The translations under genes and the position numbers were made by a program. The notes under the pieces were generated by a model. The model was given only the letters and a program-made list of their open reading frames with translations. It had not been told where the DNA came from and did no database searches. From contig CM060732.1 of NCBI GenBank assembly GCA_030704615.1, positions 25,668,001-25,732,000 on the forward strand: a stretch of DNA of 64,000 nt. The letters are read 5' to 3'. How positions within the stretch are numbered: position 1 is the stretch's first letter; each line of letters starts with the position of its first letter. Of the stretch, positions 51,028 to 64,000 are shown in pieces. The DNA is from Takakia lepidozioides. Lineage: Eukaryota > Plantae > Bryophyta.

Positions 51028-52754
51028 GAGTTACAGAGGATAATTGGGAGCCTGACATTGGACCCATTGTCACTGGAGGAAAGAGACGACGTATACGGCG
51101 GTTCCTGAGGGCTTACAGGAATTGCTTTGCCTCTCGTGCTATGGTGGAGGAGCATGAGAGACATGTTCAGGTGGTGCATTGACCGGGTTTGGTCAATAGG
51201 GATGCGGATGGATTGAGTCACAATCCATGCACGAGCCAGCAGGATGACATTGGAGCTCGGTGGCATGGTGAGACGGACGAGGAGATGGTGCTGGGATGGC
51301 ATGCATCTGCCTTTTTGTGTATCTTGGCATCGGGAGGTCAGGTTGGACCTACAACAGGGATGTCTGTAGATCGAGTGTCTGAGGACCTTGAGACCAGCAA
51401 TGAGAAAGGTGGCGCCAAAGATATACATGAGGATTCGGTTGTGTTGGACTACCTCCGCACTGGAGACACGACAACTAGTGTGACTGCCAAAGAGAGGGGT
51501 CGGATCCTGTAACGAGCAAAGAGGTTCAAGTGGGAGGGGATACACCTGCTTCGAGTGTGGGAGGATGGTCGGGTGAGGATCGTGCCTCACCCAACACAGC
51601 GGGCACGGTTAGTACGGCATGCCCATGAGGAGTTGGGGCATTTTGGAGTGCGACGCACTCATAGTCTACTGCATGGGCAGTATTGGTGGCGTGGTATGCA
51701 CACAGAGGTGCAACAGTTTGTGGCTAGGTGCATGGTGTGTGACAGGGTGCGTGCTTCATTCAACGCCCCTACACACAGTTGCATCATTTACCCATCATGG
51801 GATTGGACTACAGGTGGAGTCTTGATTTTGCAGGGCCGTTGCCACTGACGATGCGCCACCACAGATATGTATTGATGATGGTGGAGCACTTCTCCAAGTG
51901 GATTAAGTTGGTTCCATTGCCTAACAAGGCTAGTGAGGGGGTTGCGTATGCATTCTTGGATCGTGTGCTTAGCCGATTCGGTGCTCCAGTTGAGGTACTC
52001 ACGGACCAAGGGAGAAAGTTTTTGGGGGAGTTTCAGGCTTTGTGTGATCCACCGTACCACTTCTCGGGATCATCTTGAGGCCGATGGCTTGGCAGAGAGA
52101 GTGATGCAGACAATGAAGAGGGGTTTGCGCAAATATGACTTGCAAAAGAGACAACTAGGAGATTGGGATCTTCAGGTATTTACTTAATAGTATTATCTTA
52201 GAGAGTATATATAGGTATGTTAACTTCACAACGAACTCACACAATCTCTATCTATGAATTTCTACAATCTTTCACCGTCTTCCACTCTATTGCTTTCAAT
52301 CTGTTGTTGTCTTTTCAGAGTCTTTCACAATCTTTTAGAGTTTTCCAGTCTCTCATGATCTCGCTTAGCCTCTTCCAACATTTCTATACATCTTCCGCAG
52401 TTTTTGACAATGTTGCCTATAATCAGACTCTCTTAATTGATTACAACAGAAAGAAAAAAAAGATTGAAATACTTAGAATCAGATTGTTACATGTCCGATC
52501 TTTAGATGTTTAGAAAATGAAAGTGAGACTGAATGTTGTGCGATAGATCTTTAAACATACTCGATTGTTACATGTTTAAGAGCACTATATAGTTACAAGT
52601 GAGTTGTTATATAAAAGTTGAATTTTGAATAACTTTTGATTATTTTTAATAATAAATATGTGTTGATTTAATTTATACATTAACATAAAATTTAATGATC
52701 CTAATTTAGGTGATGATTAAAAAGATAAAAACTAAAAGAACTAAAAAATAAAAT

Positions 52755-52990
52755 CAGCTGGTAGCTCAGCTGGTAAGTGCACAATGTGTCGCCCTGGTGC
52801 TTTGGGGTTCAGACCCGCTGAACCTGCCTGGTGTGTGGATCGTTCGTGACCGGTTGGTCTGGTGGTGACGTTTCCACCCCTGTGCCTAATGACTTATCTG
52901 AAAGGGGGTTAGATTTCCCTAGGGCCTGAATTGCGAGCAGTCGCTCCCAGGTTTCCTTATTTTTAAAAAAAAAATTAAAAATTAAAAAAA
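52755..52990 (+). mobile_element. tRNA-derived SINE-like element
   Basis: A box TAGCTCAGCTGG (~52762), B box GGTTCAGACCC (~52806), A-rich tail; no tRNA cloverleaf. Confidence 0.5.
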
Positions 52991-53282
52991 CTATTAAATC
53001 TTTTATTGCTATATGCAACTCGTTCTGCCACTTAAGTCTAGAAGTGGTCTGGCATCCTTCTATCTTTATGTACTGGTGCTGTGCGATGAATGAAAACCTA
53101 TTACATGCATCCAAAATTTCCGTTTATTAACACATCATGGAGAGTGGGAGGAGAGAGAGAAGAGAGAAGAATGTATGTGCTTTTGGATGAATGCATGTCA
53201 CTGAATGTGGGTGTTCTTGCAAGGCATTAGCGATGGACGCGTGGCTGTTGGATGGATGATAGTAATCCCGCGTATCTCAGGA

Positions 53283-53294
53283 ATTGGCGCCAAA
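53283..53294. promoter_or_regulatory. Overlapping E2F sites upstream of MCM5
   Basis: ATTGGCGCCAAA contains WTTSSCGC on both strands, ~120 bp before the ATG; MCM genes are canonical E2F targets. Confidence 0.75.
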
Positions 53295-53414
53295 ACTCTC
53301 TCTCTCTCTCTCTTCGCTTTCTCGCTCGTCTCTGAATGTCTGGACATTGCGCAGAACAGGAGAAGGATTCCAGCGTAACAGGGAGAGGGATCGCGTCAGA
53401 AATTTTCTTGAAGA

Positions 53415-63857
<10,443 letters not shown>

Positions 63858-64000
63858 GTACTGTTGCTCCAACTGGACTTTCTTCCGGCTTGCCCATTTC
63901 ATGCCATGGATGTTAGACAAGATTAAACATGCAAGCTGTAGATAGGGATGGATGGATGGAAATAGAACAGAGGTTGAACCTATAATTCACATAGGAAGGG

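Larger units (their letters stand above)
34643..52175 (+). mobile_element. DNMT-carrying Ty3/Gypsy element, copy 2, in three pieces: 34643-36141, 41409-44057, 51033-52175
   Basis: gag with CGHCGKYGHREAQC knuckle (~35700); protease LLDSGA (~42050); DNMT; pre-RT linker; RT/RH mostly deleted; RH end VVH*PGLVNRDADGLS; integrase H-x4-H...C-x2-C, WSLDFAGP, LTDQG, DGLAER. Confidence 0.88.

Noticed and set aside
52755-52830. tRNA gene
   Set aside because: A and B boxes are present but the acceptor and anticodon stems do not pair; treated as SINE-like

Overview
Eukaryotic nuclear DNA from a plant, probably a non-seed land plant. This is inferred from GT-AG introns, PLS-class PPR fragments and the GIF/MCM5/bL32m genes; the species cannot be identified from sequence alone. 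Four host genes can be reconstructed: an XLG-type Cys-rich domain gene (-, 8223-6454), mitochondrial ribosomal protein L32 (+, 25917-26744), a GRF-interacting factor (-, 33603-28568) and MCM5 (+, 53415 to beyond the window end). The rest is layered transposon debris. Highlights: (1) two copies of a Ty3/Gypsy family carrying a DNMT3-like C5 cytosine methyltransferase inside pol, in the order gag-PR-DNMT-[RT/RH]-IN; (2) a decayed intron-containing Crypton/DUF3504-type tyrosine recombinase whose middle exons lie on the opposite strand because of an inversion between (GA)n and (TC)n tracts, supported by an inverted LINE target-site duplication (TSD); (3) a 5.26 kb Pack-CACTA element carrying PPR, RPL23A and OSB PDF-motif gene fragments, nested in the DNMT-Gypsy; (4) a young near-intact chromovirus nested in the same element; (5) Dualen/RandI-like LINE 3' fragments, RTEX-like LINEs, Mutator and Tc1/mariner MITEs, and a tRNA-derived SINE-like element. 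Coordinates were read by eye; TE boundaries without TSDs are approximate.
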